A stretch of 64,000 nucleotides of DNA from Eremomyces bilateralis CBS 781.70 (lineage: Eukaryota): NCBI GenBank assembly GCA_010015585.1, contig ML975149.1, one strand, 5' to 3'. The translations under genes and the position numbers were made by a program. The notes beneath the pieces were generated by a model that was not told the origin of the DNA, did not search any database, and worked only from the letters and a program-made list of their open reading frames with translations. Shown here in pieces: positions 63,710 to 64,000 of the stretch (positions are counted from its first letter, which is position 1; the number at the start of each line of letters is the position of its first letter).

Positions 63710-64000
63710 ATGAATGCAGCTTGGCCACATATTCCGGAGGTCGAAAGACTGAGCGCGAGAGTCATCCGCATACTGGGAGGTAACCCGGGCAAGGTGAGCA
63801 CGCAATCTAGATGAATCACTAGATATGGACTGACTGTGATAGTTCACGCTACAAGGTAATTGCTCCTGTGAATAGCCGGCGAGACTCGAAACTCAGACAA
63901 CCAGGCACGAACACATACCTCATCGGTCAAGGACCTCGCCGTATCCTCATCGACTCCGCCCAGGGCATCCCCTCCTGGATCCACGCGTTGAAGAATGTCC
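63710..64000 (+). CDS. Metallo-beta-lactamase fold protein, LACTB2-like (5' part; runs off the window)
   Basis: VERLSARVIRILGGNPGK|FTLQ|GTNTYLIGQGPRRILIDS; 13-nt exon 63843-63855. Confidence 0.88.

Overview
Gene-dense eukaryotic DNA from a filamentous ascomycete (Pezizomycotina), inferred from short GT-AG introns with CTRAC branch points and fungus-type orthologues. It carries about two dozen spliced, mostly housekeeping genes: FMP52, an MFS transporter, CCR4, a LaeA-like methyltransferase, LYRM5-like, a hotdog thioesterase, acrB, DUF2434, SYS1, COA6, a PARG-like macrodomain, mitochondrial AsnRS, a PLP decarboxylase, CmkB, UBP2, NDUFA11, TBCC, HPC2, RBA50, BSD2, CBP6, HNT1, EFM5 and a LACTB2-like gene. 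It also has an intron-containing tRNA-Ser(UGA), three damaged genes (hAT transposase, UCH37/BAP1-like deubiquitinase, HNH nuclease) and one N gap. I see no clearly novel multi-gene system. The most notable signals are: (1) a thioesterase whose catalytic motif seems to need a 9-nt exon plus a 1-nt exon; (2) a tandem array of SreA/Fep1-type iron GATA boxes before an SLC46-like MFS gene, with another box upstream of BSD2; (3) a cleanly spliced UCH gene with one in-frame TAG and a catalytic Asp->Asn, both reversible by A->G; (4) strong, sometimes repeated C-rich to G-rich switches inside coding sequences. All family calls come from motif recognition by eye, not from database searches.
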